The notes under the pieces were generated by a model. That model searched no databases and had not been told where the DNA came from. It was given only the letters and a program-made list of their open reading frames with translations. Shown here piece after piece: positions 1 through 8,200 of a stretch of 32,000 nucleotides of DNA. Every line of letters begins with the position of its first letter. The stretch's first letter is position 1. Source of the stretch: Nonlabens ponticola. Lineage in GTDB: Bacteria; Bacteroidota; Bacteroidia; Flavobacteriales; Flavobacteriaceae. The position numbers and the translations under genes are program-made. Where the stretch lies: contig NZ_CP034549.1 in the NCBI RefSeq assembly GCF_003966335.1, forward strand, positions 1,350,001 through 1,382,000. The letters are read 5' to 3'.

Positions 1-73
1 GGGATTTTACTCGCTATTTGACAAGTAAGGAAAGATTTAAATAAACTATAAACCGAAGCCGTCCTGCGACGGC

Positions 74-847
74 TTGACACATAAAACTAATATTTTGACT
101 GCACCATACGTAAAAACAACTACAGAAAATCAAATACAAACCATAGAATTCTTCCATCCAGCGCACAACTCGCTGCCAGGAGATATTCTGGCGCAACTTG
201 CACAAGCCATAACAGATGCTGGTAATGACGATGCCACCAAAGTCATCATCCTAAAATCTGGTGGCGAGCGCACCTTTTGTGCTGGAGCCAGTTTTAAGGA
301 ATTGATTGCCATCGATGACGCTCAGACTGGTGAGAAATTTTTTATGGGATTTGCAAATGTGATCAACGCCATGCGCAAATGTCCAAAGTTCATAATCGGG
401 CGTGTACAAGGAAAAACAGTTGGTGGTGGCGTTGGTGTCGCTAGTGCAACAGATTATTGTTTTGCAACCAAATTTGCCAGCATCAAATTGAGCGAACTCA
501 ACATAGGTATTGGACCCTTTGTGGTTGGTCCAGCGGTAGAACGCAAACTAGGATTGAGTGGTATGAGCCAAATTGCGATCAACGCCAATGAATTTTACTC
601 ACCAGAATGGGCGCAACAAAAAGGATTGTTTGCTGAAGTGTATGAATCTACCGAAGCCATGGATGAAGCAGTACAAAAGTTTGCAGAAAATCTATGCAAC
701 TACAATCCAGAAGCCATGAAACACATGAAAGAAATGATGTGGTCTAATTGCAATCATTGGGATACTTTACTTGCGGAGCGAGCCAAGATTTCAGGAAAAT
801 TGGTGTTGAGCGAGTTTACTAAAAAGACCTTGAAGAGATTTAAGTAG
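74..847 (+). CDS. enoyl-CoA hydratase/isomerase (crotonase) family protein
   Basis: 257-aa ORF. It has crotonase-like segments: KVIILKSGGERTFCAGASFKEL, then GRVQGKTVGGGVGVASATDYCFA and ELNIGIGPF. The start is uncertain: the track start is TTG at 74 and there is no upstream ATG. Confidence 0.8.
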   Translation: MTHKTNILTAPYVKTTTENQIQTIEFFHPAHNSLPGDILAQLAQAITDAGNDDATKVIILKSGGERTFCAGASFKELIAIDDAQTGEKFFMGFANVINAMRKCPKFIIGRVQGKTVGGGVGVASATDYCFATKFASIKLSELNIGIGPFVVGPAVERKLGLSGMSQIAINANEFYSPEWAQQKGLFAEVYESTEAMDEAVQKFAENLCNYNPEAMKHMKEMMWSNCNHWDTLLAERAKISGKLVLSEFTKKTLKRFK

Positions 848-955
848 AGCTGTAAGGCACCCATTTCATCGATACAATTATCTGATTCATAGATTTTGTT
901 CTTCGTGACCTGTGTTGCGTGATGATATTGCAGTCATCATTCAAATAAGCAAGTC

Positions 956-2236
956 ATGAAAACTGTCATCATTATCTCAGTTGTATTTTTTATCAGCAAC
1001 TTCACTCGAGTATCTGCATCAGTTGATTGTGATTGTAAGCAAGAGCTTAACTTTTATTATAATTCACTTAAAGAGATTGAATCTTATGAGCAAATCAAAG
1101 GATCAAACGAGCAGGAATTTGATGAGCTATATGCTGACTTGATTCATTCAATCAGTGGTAATGTGACTAGAGTTGAATGTTTTAGAAAGATTTCTCAATT
1201 ATCTGCGCTCATAAAAGATGAGCATGCGCTTCCAATCATGAAAGGTTTTCCTATCGAGAAAGGAGATAGCCTCACTAATCCTACAACGCTAGCACAGCTG
1301 CGATCTAGCGATTACTTTCAAGAATTGCCTAGAGTTTCAATGAATCTTGATTCATTGCAGACAGTACTTGAACCAAGACCTATAGATAAAGTTGAAGGAT
1401 TATATCCTTTAAAAGACATGACATTGGGAATCGTCAAAACTTCCAACAATGAATACATCTCTGTCGTCATAACTTCAGAGTCAGATCTATGGGAGCCTGG
1501 TATGATTCAAGGTTATTATACCCAATTGCCATCAGGTAATTTTCAGGTCACATTTGCGCAGTTATCTCACAAACAATGGTACACTGTGCGCAATGAGAAT
1601 TTTGCAAATGGTCGTTTTTTTATCACCAGACTCAAAAAAGAAAATTTGCCTCAATTCTATGACATTATCGATGAGAACGAGGCCAAATTTAGCTACAAGC
1701 GCATCAATAAGGATGTTGACTACCTAAGAATGGGTAGCTTCTCTCGCATGACTAATAATGTAGCACAATCTAAAGAGTTACTTGCTCAAGTAGAAGGTAA
1801 GCTAAACGGCGACCACTTAATTTTTGATTTGCGCAACAATAGCGGTGGTGCAGCTCGAGTTTCAAAGCCTTACCGCAAGCTGATCAAAAAATTTGCTAAA
1901 AACGGTAAAGTCTGGATTCTATTAAACAAATACTCGGCTAGCCAGGCAGAAATCACTGCATTAAGCTTGAAAGATCTTGACAACGTTAAATTGGTGGGAC
2001 ACAATACCTTTGGTGCATCGTCCTATGGCTCCAACTACGGCAAGGTTTCCGTTTCTCCATCGGGCAATTTTTACCACACGGTCACCGATATGAACGTTTC
2101 AGAAAACCTAGAGTATGAAGAAGTTGGTGTGCCGGTAGACATTGAGTTAGATCTACAAACAGACTGGATTGAGCAAGTTCTCAAATTGACTGCGATGCGA
2201 GATGTCGATAATGAGAGCGCTTTCGCGAAAGCGTAA
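956..2236 (+). CDS. secreted S41-family (tail-specific protease-like) peptidase
   Basis: 426-aa ORF with an N-terminal signal-like hydrophobic segment. S41-like motifs are present: IFDLRNNSGG and a downstream YSASQAEITA serine motif. The last five residues (AFAKA) and the stop codon are supplied by a copy of the iterated palindrome. Confidence 0.65.
   Translation: MKTVIIISVVFFISNFTRVSASVDCDCKQELNFYYNSLKEIESYEQIKGSNEQEFDELYADLIHSISGNVTRVECFRKISQLSALIKDEHALPIMKGFPIEKGDSLTNPTTLAQLRSSDYFQELPRVSMNLDSLQTVLEPRPIDKVEGLYPLKDMTLGIVKTSNNEYISVVITSESDLWEPGMIQGYYTQLPSGNFQVTFAQLSHKQWYTVRNENFANGRFFITRLKKENLPQFYDIIDENEAKFSYKRINKDVDYLRMGSFSRMTNNVAQSKELLAQVEGKLNGDHLIFDLRNNSGGAARVSKPYRKLIKKFAKNGKVWILLNKYSASQAEITALSLKDLDNVKLVGHNTFGASSYGSNYGKVSVSPSGNFYHTVTDMNVSENLEYEEVGVPVDIELDLQTDWIEQVLKLTAMRDVDNESAFAKA
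2218..2233. repeat. iterated palindrome copy 1 (exact CGCTTTCGCGAAAGCG)
   Basis: Read directly. It lies in the last codons of the S41-like CDS as AFAKA and is followed by TAA. Confidence 0.95.
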
Positions 2237-2287
2237 TTCCTGACAAACATTCTCACAAATCATTAAATTGCCGTAAGATTCAATCTT

Positions 2288-2887
2288 ATGGCAATTTATA
2301 GTTTCAAGGGACATATTCCAGTAATCCATGAGTCCAGTTTCGTACATCCACAGGCGAGTGTGATTGGCAATGTGATCATCGGCGAGAATTGTTACGTTGG
2401 GCCTAGTGCGGTAATACGTGGTGATTGGGGCGAGATCATTTTGGAAGATGGTGTCAACGTGCAGGAAAATTGTACCGTACATATGTTTCCAGGTAAAAGT
2501 ATCCGCTTTCGTGAAAGCGCACATATTGGCCACGGTGCCGTGATCCATGGAGCTAATTTGGGCAGAAACTGTTTGATAGGAATGAACAGCGTGATTATGG
2601 ATGATGCTATTATCGGCGATGAGTGCATCGTTGGCGCCATGTCATTTGTAAAAGCTGAGGCTATTTTTGAGCCACGCTCTCTCATTGTGGGCAATCCTGC
2701 CAAAAAAATCAAAGAATTAAGCGATGAAATGATCGCCTGGAAAACTGCTGGAACTAGACTCTATCAGCAACTACCAGCCGATTGCCAAGCTACTATGAAT
2801 GAGGTAGAACCGCTAAGAGAAATACCTGAAAATAGACCTGTTCAAGAAGATTTTTATAAAACGTTGCAGGAGATAAAGAAAAAGTAA
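2288..2887 (+). CDS. gamma-carbonic-anhydrase-like / PaaY-CaiE family hexapeptide-repeat protein
   Basis: 199 aa. It aligns by eye end to end with my recollection of E. coli PaaY: SFVHPQASVIGNVIIGENCYVGP, HIGHGAVIHG, IVGNPAKKIKELS and VEPLREI. It carries left-handed beta-helix hexapeptide periodicity. Confidence 0.8.
   Translation: MAIYSFKGHIPVIHESSFVHPQASVIGNVIIGENCYVGPSAVIRGDWGEIILEDGVNVQENCTVHMFPGKSIRFRESAHIGHGAVIHGANLGRNCLIGMNSVIMDDAIIGDECIVGAMSFVKAEAIFEPRSLIVGNPAKKIKELSDEMIAWKTAGTRLYQQLPADCQATMNEVEPLREIPENRPVQEDFYKTLQEIKKK
2504..2519. repeat. iterated palindrome copy 2 (CGCTTTCGTGAAAGCG, one mismatch)
   Basis: Read directly. It lies inside the PaaY-like CDS and reads RFRES. Confidence 0.85.
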
Positions 2888-3011
2888 TTTTCAGCATGGA
2901 GCATAGACTTCAGACTTTCAAGTGTCAGGCCGAGCCTGTCGAAGCCGAATCAAATTCTCAAATGTCTTGTCGAGCGTAGTCGAGACCTCTTTTCTTAAAA
3001 CAAATGACTTT

Positions 3012-3047
3012 GCTTTCGCGCCTGCCTGCCGGTCAGGCAGGAAAGCG
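3012..3047. repeat. iterated palindrome copy 3, split by the nested palindrome CCTGCCTGCCGGTCAGGCAGG
   Basis: GCTTTCGCG + 21-nt insert + AAAGCG. Intergenic, 55 nt upstream of the E2 ATG. Confidence 0.9.
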
Positions 3048-3089
3048 AATTCCAACACAATCTTCACGACTAACAATTGTTAGTTTTTG

Positions 3090-3097
3090 TAAATTTG
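3090..3097 (+). promoter_or_regulatory. candidate Bacteroidota -7 promoter element (TAnnTTTG)
   Basis: TAAATTTG ends 4 nt before the E2 ATG. Its spacing to the start codon is unusually short, so it may be coincidental. Confidence 0.25.
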
Positions 3098-3101
3098 AGT
3101 C

Positions 3102-4463
3102 ATGGCAACAACGACAGATTTCATACTGCCCAAAATGGGCGAATCCATTACCGAAGGTACCATTCTCAACTGGTTGGTTCAAGAAGGAGAATCCTTTATA
3201 GAAGGCGATATACTTGTAGAAGTAGGTACGGATAAAGTGGACAATGAAGTGCCAGCACCTTTCAATGGAGTGATGGTAAAACATCTAGCCAGCGACGGTG
3301 ATGTAGTTGAAATAGGAAAGCCGGTGGCACAGATTGAGGCCAGTTCAGGAGATGCTGCTCAAAAGGTTGTACCAAACGATGATCATCAAGAGATCAAGAA
3401 GCCAGCAGGATTAGAAGATGTTGCGACGGACAAAGATTCCGATAGCCATCAGCAGATTCCGCATCAAGTGCGGAATGACAAGTCTAGATCTAAATCCTCT
3501 TCCGTTTCAAGTTCCTACGTCAACAAAGACCTATTTGTTAGCCCACTAATTGATAAAATCGCAAGGGAAAATCACATCTCGTATGAAGAACTTGCAAGAA
3601 TTCCAGGTTCAGGAAACGAAGGAAGATTGCGCAAGAGTGATGTTATTCAATATCTTAAAGACGGAAGGCCTCACCAATTTGCCCAACCAGTAAGTGCAGA
3701 GCCAGACCCAACGGCTTACCGTATACCGCAATTAAAACTTGACAAAGGAACTGGCAGGATTGTAGAGATGGACCGCATGCGATCCATGATCGCAGATCAT
3801 ATGGTTTACAGCAAGCATACGAGTCCGCACGTGACGGCATATGTCGAGGCAGACCTTACCGATTTAGTTAAATGGCGCAACGCCAATAAGGCCGCTTTTC
3901 AAGAAAAACACGGCGAGCGATTGACTTTTACACCATTGTTTGTCGATGCAGTAGCAAAGGCAATTAAAGAATATCCAAATATCAATGCCAGTGTTGATGG
4001 CAAGAAAATCATTATCAAAGAAAATATCAATGTAGGGATGGCAACTGCATTGCCTTCAGGAAACTTAATCGTTCCTGTGGTAAAAAATGCAGATCAAAAA
4101 ACCTTGCCACAAATCGCAGCAGATGTCAACCGCATGGCAAATCTCGCTAGAGAAAATAAATTGGGCGGCGATGACATCAAAGGCGGAACTTTTACTATTT
4201 CAAATGTTGGAACCTTCGGTTCGTTAATGGGTACACCAATTATCAATCAGCCTGAGGTTGCCATATTGGCCACTGGAATTATCAAAAAACGCGCTGAAGT
4301 AATCACGAGAGATGGTGAAGACAAAATAGAAATTAGGAGTATGATGATGCTTTCCTTATCGTTTGATCATCGAGTAGTGGATGGATTTTTAGGAGGATCA
4401 TTTTTGAAGCAGGTGGCTGATAATTTGCAGCAAATTCCTGCCTACGCAGGAATCTCAGACTAA
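3102..4463 (+). CDS. 2-oxoacid dehydrogenase E2 component (dihydrolipoamide acyltransferase, probably branched-chain type)
   Basis: 453 aa. N-terminal lipoyl domain (VEVGTDKVDNEVPAP), a long charged linker, and a peripheral subunit-binding domain (SPLIDKIARENHISYEELARIPGSG). The catalytic domain ends with SLSFDHRVVDG. Confidence 0.9.
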   Translation: MATTTDFILPKMGESITEGTILNWLVQEGESFIEGDILVEVGTDKVDNEVPAPFNGVMVKHLASDGDVVEIGKPVAQIEASSGDAAQKVVPNDDHQEIKKPAGLEDVATDKDSDSHQQIPHQVRNDKSRSKSSSVSSSYVNKDLFVSPLIDKIARENHISYEELARIPGSGNEGRLRKSDVIQYLKDGRPHQFAQPVSAEPDPTAYRIPQLKLDKGTGRIVEMDRMRSMIADHMVYSKHTSPHVTAYVEADLTDLVKWRNANKAAFQEKHGERLTFTPLFVDAVAKAIKEYPNINASVDGKKIIIKENINVGMATALPSGNLIVPVVKNADQKTLPQIAADVNRMANLARENKLGGDDIKGGTFTISNVGTFGSLMGTPIINQPEVAILATGIIKKRAEVITRDGEDKIEIRSMMMLSLSFDHRVVDGFLGGSFLKQVADNLQQIPAYAGISD

Positions 4464-4464
4464 A

Positions 4465-4875
4465 ATGTACCAACTCATGGATTCAACACCTACTTTTCAC
4501 GTCTACATTATGACAAATAAAAAAGATGGTGCTCTATATATTGGATATACCAGCGACATTGAGTCACGAGTGATCGAACTTAAAACCAAATTGAATCCAA
4601 AATCCTTCACTGCAAAATACAATTGTGACAAGCTGGTTTATCTTGAAGAGCACCATACTCGAGCCACTGCAGAAAAACGAGAATCTCAGATGAAGAAATG
4701 GAAAAGAGAATGGAAAATAGAATTAATCGAGAAGTTAAATCCTGAATGGATGGATGTCGCGATGAATTGGTCGACTGATAGTCACATCACTTTAAAAAGT
4801 AAACGAATTAAAGCATCTATAGATTACTATAAGGACATTGGTAATCTAGATGTATGGGAAAGCACCGCATTATGA
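4465..4875 (+). CDS. GIY-YIG nuclease family protein (COG2827/UPF0213-like) with a non-conserved C-terminal tail
   Basis: 136 aa. FHVYIMTNKKDGALYIGYTSDIESRV then KLVYLEEHHTRATAEKRESQMKKWKREWKIELIE matches the small GIY-YIG family pattern. The ORF starts 1 nt after the E2 stop, and its TGA overlaps the E1 ATG (ATGA). Confidence 0.8.
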   Translation: MYQLMDSTPTFHVYIMTNKKDGALYIGYTSDIESRVIELKTKLNPKSFTAKYNCDKLVYLEEHHTRATAEKRESQMKKWKREWKIELIEKLNPEWMDVAMNWSTDSHITLKSKRIKASIDYYKDIGNLDVWESTAL

Positions 4876-6968
4876 GCAACAATCAACGAGATTCCCACTT
4901 TCGTGGGAATTTAGGAACAGCATACCGTAATCTAACCACCGCCAAAGCAATGGCCGAACTCTACGAGGAAAACTTTAAGCAGGTTTCCAAGTACGTTCAC
5001 GCCACAAGCCGCGGCCACGAGGTCATTCAGACTGCTGTAGGCATGCAGCTATTGCCACAGGATTATGCGTTTCCTTACTATAGAGACGACGCTATGCTCT
5101 TGGCTATAGGAATGAAGCCGTATGACTTGATGCTGCAATTGCTAGCAAAGAAAGCTGATCCATTTTCTGGCGGTCGTACTTATTACTCACATCCATCATT
5201 AAAGGATGATGACAAGCCTAAAATACCGCATCAATCCAGTGCTACTGGTATGCAGGCTATTCCTGCAACGGGTGTGGCAATGGGAATGTGGTACAAGGAA
5301 AGCCTCAATGAGGAACAGAAAGAGATGCTGAAACAAGTTCAGCATGACAGCAATGACGGTGTTGTCGTCTGTTCCCTAGGCGATGCGTCCGTTACCGAAG
5401 GCGAGATTGCTGAGGCCATGCAAATGGCCGCACTCAAACAGTTGCCTATTCTTTATTTGGTGCAGGATAATGGCTGGGACATTAGTGCCAATGCAGCCGA
5501 AACCAGAGCTCAGAACGCTGCCGAGTATGCGGCAGGTTTTCACGGCATCGAGGCGATTTCTATTGATGGAACTGATTTTGAGCAGAGCTACAACACGATC
5601 AATGAGGTCATAGAAAAAATCCGTAAGGAGCGCAGGCCATTTTTAGTACACGCGACCGTTCCCTTATTGAATCACCATACCAGCGGCGTGCGCATGGAAT
5701 TTTATCGCGATGATTTGGAAGAATCTCGAGAGCGCGATCCATATCCTAAAATGAGGCAATTACTTCTTGACAATGGCTTTACTGTGCAGGAACTTGATGA
5801 TTATGACGCTTTCGCGAAAGCGGAAACACAAAAAGCTCTACAACAAGCGACAGAAATGCCCGATCCAGAGCCAGCGGACTTGTTCACGCACGACTTTGCA
5901 CCAACACCAATAACTGAGGAGCGCGGCGAGCGATCGCCAGCAGGTGCAGAAAAAGTGGTGATGGTAGATTGTGCGCTATTTGCCATAGAAGAATTGATGC
6001 GTAAACACCCAGAATGTTTGCTGTACGGTCAAGACGTTGGTGGTAGATTGGGCGGCGTTTTTAGAGAGGCAGCAACGCTGGCACAGAAATTTGGTGACAA
6101 TAGAGTATTCAACACACCCATCCAGGAAGCATTTATCGTGGGTAGCACGGTAGGAATGAGCGCGGCAGGTTTGAAGCCCATCGTTGAGGTACAGTTTGCC
6201 GACTACATCTGGCCTGGTTTGAACCAATTATTTACTGAGGTTTCCAGGTCATGCTATTTAAGTAACGGTAAGTGGCCTGTATCCATGATATTGCGTGTAC
6301 CGATAGGCGCATATGGATCTGGTGGGCCATATCATTCCAGCTCTGTAGAAAGTGTGATTACCAATATTAGAGGTCTTAAAATCGCCTATCCATCCAACGG
6401 TGCCGACTTGAAAGGCTTGATGAAAGCTGCTTATTATGACCCGAATCCAGTAGTGATCTTTGAACATAAAGGATTGTACTGGTCAAAAGTCAAAGGAACC
6501 AAAGGAGCAACCAGTATCGAACCTAGCGAGGATTATGTATTGCCTTTTGGTAAGGCTTGGGTGTTGCAGGAAATCTGGAAAAAGGAAGAAGAGGAAACCT
6601 TGAGCATTATCACCTATGGAATGGGCGTGCACTGGGCCATGAACGCTACGGCAGAACTTGGTTTACAGGATAGAGTAGAAGTAGTAGACTTGAGAACGCT
6701 GCATCCGCTGGATTATGATACGGTTTTTGCCAGCGTTAAGAAATGCGGTAAATGTCTTGTAGTTACTGAAGAGCCCAGCGATAACGGATTCTCTAGAGGC
6801 CTGCAAGGTCGTATACAGGAAGAATGCTTCAAATATCTGGATGCACCAGTAATGATCATAGGTTCTGAAAATATGCCTGCTATACCACTTAATTCAGTTC
6901 TTGAAGAAACGATGATACCTAGTACTGAGAAAGTGAAAGTGAAGATTCAAGAGGTGTTGAACTATTAA
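4872..6968 (+). CDS. fused E1 alpha/beta subunit of a 2-oxoacid (branched-chain-type) dehydrogenase, thiamine-diphosphate dependent
   Basis: The ORF is open from 4854. ATG at 4872 is preferred because it overlaps the upstream stop as ATGA. The N-terminal half is E1-alpha-like (SLGDASVTEGE, YLVQDNGWDIS). The C-terminal half is transketolase-pyrimidine/E1-beta-like (NTPIQEAFIVG, VEVQFADYIWP). Confidence 0.9.
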   Translation: MSNNQRDSHFRGNLGTAYRNLTTAKAMAELYEENFKQVSKYVHATSRGHEVIQTAVGMQLLPQDYAFPYYRDDAMLLAIGMKPYDLMLQLLAKKADPFSGGRTYYSHPSLKDDDKPKIPHQSSATGMQAIPATGVAMGMWYKESLNEEQKEMLKQVQHDSNDGVVVCSLGDASVTEGEIAEAMQMAALKQLPILYLVQDNGWDISANAAETRAQNAAEYAAGFHGIEAISIDGTDFEQSYNTINEVIEKIRKERRPFLVHATVPLLNHHTSGVRMEFYRDDLEESRERDPYPKMRQLLLDNGFTVQELDDYDAFAKAETQKALQQATEMPDPEPADLFTHDFAPTPITEERGERSPAGAEKVVMVDCALFAIEELMRKHPECLLYGQDVGGRLGGVFREAATLAQKFGDNRVFNTPIQEAFIVGSTVGMSAAGLKPIVEVQFADYIWPGLNQLFTEVSRSCYLSNGKWPVSMILRVPIGAYGSGGPYHSSSVESVITNIRGLKIAYPSNGADLKGLMKAAYYDPNPVVIFEHKGLYWSKVKGTKGATSIEPSEDYVLPFGKAWVLQEIWKKEEEETLSIITYGMGVHWAMNATAELGLQDRVEVVDLRTLHPLDYDTVFASVKKCGKCLVVTEEPSDNGFSRGLQGRIQEECFKYLDAPVMIIGSENMPAIPLNSVLEETMIPSTEKVKVKIQEVLNY
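4891..4910. repeat. 8-bp-stem hairpin ATTCCCAC-TTTC-GTGGGAAT just downstream of the GIY-YIG stop
   Basis: A perfect inverted repeat, read directly. It lies in codons 7-13 of the E1 gene (DSHFRGN). There is a single copy in this window. Confidence 0.7.
5807..5822. repeat. iterated palindrome copy 4 (exact 16-mer)
   Basis: Inside the E1 alpha/beta CDS. Reads DAFAKAE. Confidence 0.95.
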
Positions 6969-6983
6969 TATATCTTACAAATC

Positions 6984-7019
6984 AAAAAGCGCTCAAATCA
7001 CAAGATTTGAGCGCTTTTT
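6984..7019. terminator. bidirectional intrinsic terminator between convergent genes
   Basis: AAAAAGCGCTCAAATC-ACAA-GATTTGAGCGCTTTTT: a 16-bp perfect stem (11 bp excluding the A/T tracts) with A/T tracts on both sides. It sits between the E1 stop (6968) and the META lipoprotein stop (7037). Confidence 0.85.
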
Positions 7020-7036
7020 GTATAGACGGACAACTT

Positions 7037-7462
7037 TTATTCAGTCTGGGCATTTGCTACAATTACCACATTGCTTTCTGCATCTGTAAGCGTCAATGTA
7101 TTATCAGTTTTTGAATAGCGCGTGACTTTTTTGAGAGCCGCTAGAAACTGATTTTCAATATCCAGATTAGGACAACTTTTTCTTGTGACAGCGATCTCGC
7201 CAATAGATAGTTGCAAATTGTTTACTGTAAAATCTGCATTGTAATTGTTACAACCTGCAAAACCATTCACACTGCGAGACAATCCATTAAAATTAATCGT
7301 CTGGTTATTGCCACGCATGTTCTCGCCATCAACAAGGGTTACATCATACGCGCCGTTGAGCTCTATACGGCTTCCTGTATCCAGCGCCCTGCGTGTTTCT
7401 TCACAGCTATAGGATATTAAAGCGAGAAAAAGAATTGGAACTATTACTTTGAGAATTTTCAT
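7037..7462 (-). CDS. META-domain (HslJ-like) lipoprotein
   Basis: The ORF is open to 7495. The internal Met (MKILKVIVPILFLALISYSC) gives a lipoprotein signal. META-like motifs: NGFAGCNNYNADF and AVTRKSCP, followed by ENQFLAAL. Confidence 0.7.
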   Translation of the reverse strand: MKILKVIVPILFLALISYSCEETRRALDTGSRIELNGAYDVTLVDGENMRGNNQTINFNGLSRSVNGFAGCNNYNADFTVNNLQLSIGEIAVTRKSCPNLDIENQFLAALKKVTRYSKTDNTLTLTDAESNVVIVANAQTE

Positions 7463-7517
7463 CGTTTTTATTTTAAAAATAGGAATTGCGCTCATCTCGT
7501 TTGCTTAACAAAGCCAT

Positions 7518-7548
7518 AAAAAAAGTGTCATCCATAAGATGACACTTT
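7518..7548 (-). terminator. intrinsic terminator after the DUF4136 gene
   Basis: On the minus strand, AAAGTGTCATC-TTATG-GATGACACTTT is followed by TTTTT. Confidence 0.7.
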
Positions 7549-7568
7549 AATTCTATCTGGTAATTTGC

Positions 7569-8099
7569 TTATTTGTTAGGTGGGAATTGCATCAGGATTT
7601 CCCTTACAATTTCGTTGGTTCTTTCCACTTTTTCGCGAGGTTCTGTCTTGAGAGGCGCTTGACCTATTCCTTGCCATATCAACTCCTTATCGTTTGCATC
7701 AATAAGGTCGATATAAAGAACACCTTCGGTAGTGCGAGAAACATTGTTACCAAATGGCCCGCCAAAACCAAAGCCGCCCCAACCCCAACCATAGCCAAAG
7801 TTCCAACCCCAATTATTGTAAACGTCAACACGTTCCTGCGTATCTGTAAATATGCTTACGAGTAAATCTGGATTTTCAGATTTGGTGAAGCCTTTAGCGC
7901 CCATTTCTGCATCAATAGCGCGCAGAATGCGTTTTTTGTCTAGTTCTGAAATGTTTGCCTCGTCCACACCTTGCTTGAAGTAAGCATAGGTTTTGTACTG
8001 ATTAAAGTCTGTGCCTATCGCATAATCTTGCGATACACGTACGGTCTGGCAGCTCACCATAGCAGTAATGATTGCCATTAGAAGTAATGTCTTTTTCAT
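7569..8099 (-). CDS. DUF4136-like lipoprotein
   Basis: 176 aa. Lipoprotein signal MKKTLLLMAIITAMVSC. The overall pattern (FNQYKTYAY, LYIDLIDANDKELIWQG) matches my recollection of the DUF4136 family. It has a Gly/Trp-rich insert, GWNFGYGWGWGGFGFGGPFG. Confidence 0.6.
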   Translation of the reverse strand: MKKTLLLMAIITAMVSCQTVRVSQDYAIGTDFNQYKTYAYFKQGVDEANISELDKKRILRAIDAEMGAKGFTKSENPDLLVSIFTDTQERVDVYNNWGWNFGYGWGWGGFGFGGPFGNNVSRTTEGVLYIDLIDANDKELIWQGIGQAPLKTEPREKVERTNEIVREILMQFPPNK

Positions 8100-8122
8100 G
8101 TCAATAGTTTTTTAGATTATTA

Positions 8123-8137
8123 CGCTTTCGCGAAAGC
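8123..8137. repeat. iterated palindrome copy 5 (CGCTTTCGCGAAAGC, left flank TTA)
   Basis: Intergenic, between the DUF5522-like stop and the DUF4136 start. Confidence 0.95.
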
Positions 8138-8200
8138 AAAAACATGATCCATCAAATAAACATCAAAATCAATGCCGTATTGTAGCCCGCGATCATGGAA

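Noticed and set aside
56-75. Hairpin AAGCCGTC-CTGC-GACGGCTT at the window start as a terminator
   Set aside because: No T-tract follows on the plus strand, and it overlaps the putative TTG start of the crotonase gene. No upstream gene is visible, so its role cannot be judged.
2153-2548. Antisense ORFs containing LRFRES (2153..2548 and 22165..22389, plus 15795..16247 and other ORFs antisense to lysS at 15784..16437)
   Set aside because: They lie opposite well-supported genes (PaaY-like, rnhB, lysS). The FRES peptides appear only because the palindrome reads the same on both strands.
3004-3201. 65-aa plus-strand ORF (MTLLSRLPAGQAGKRIPTQ...) in the E2 leader
   Set aside because: It is generated by reading through the composite palindrome. 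It overlaps the E2 start and has no coding-like features.
5383-6467. Short ORFs overlapping or antisense to the E1 gene (5383..5613, 5801..5986, 5976..6227, 6258..6467)
   Set aside because: They are embedded in a long ORF with clear E1 alpha/beta homology, so they are frame-shadow ORFs.
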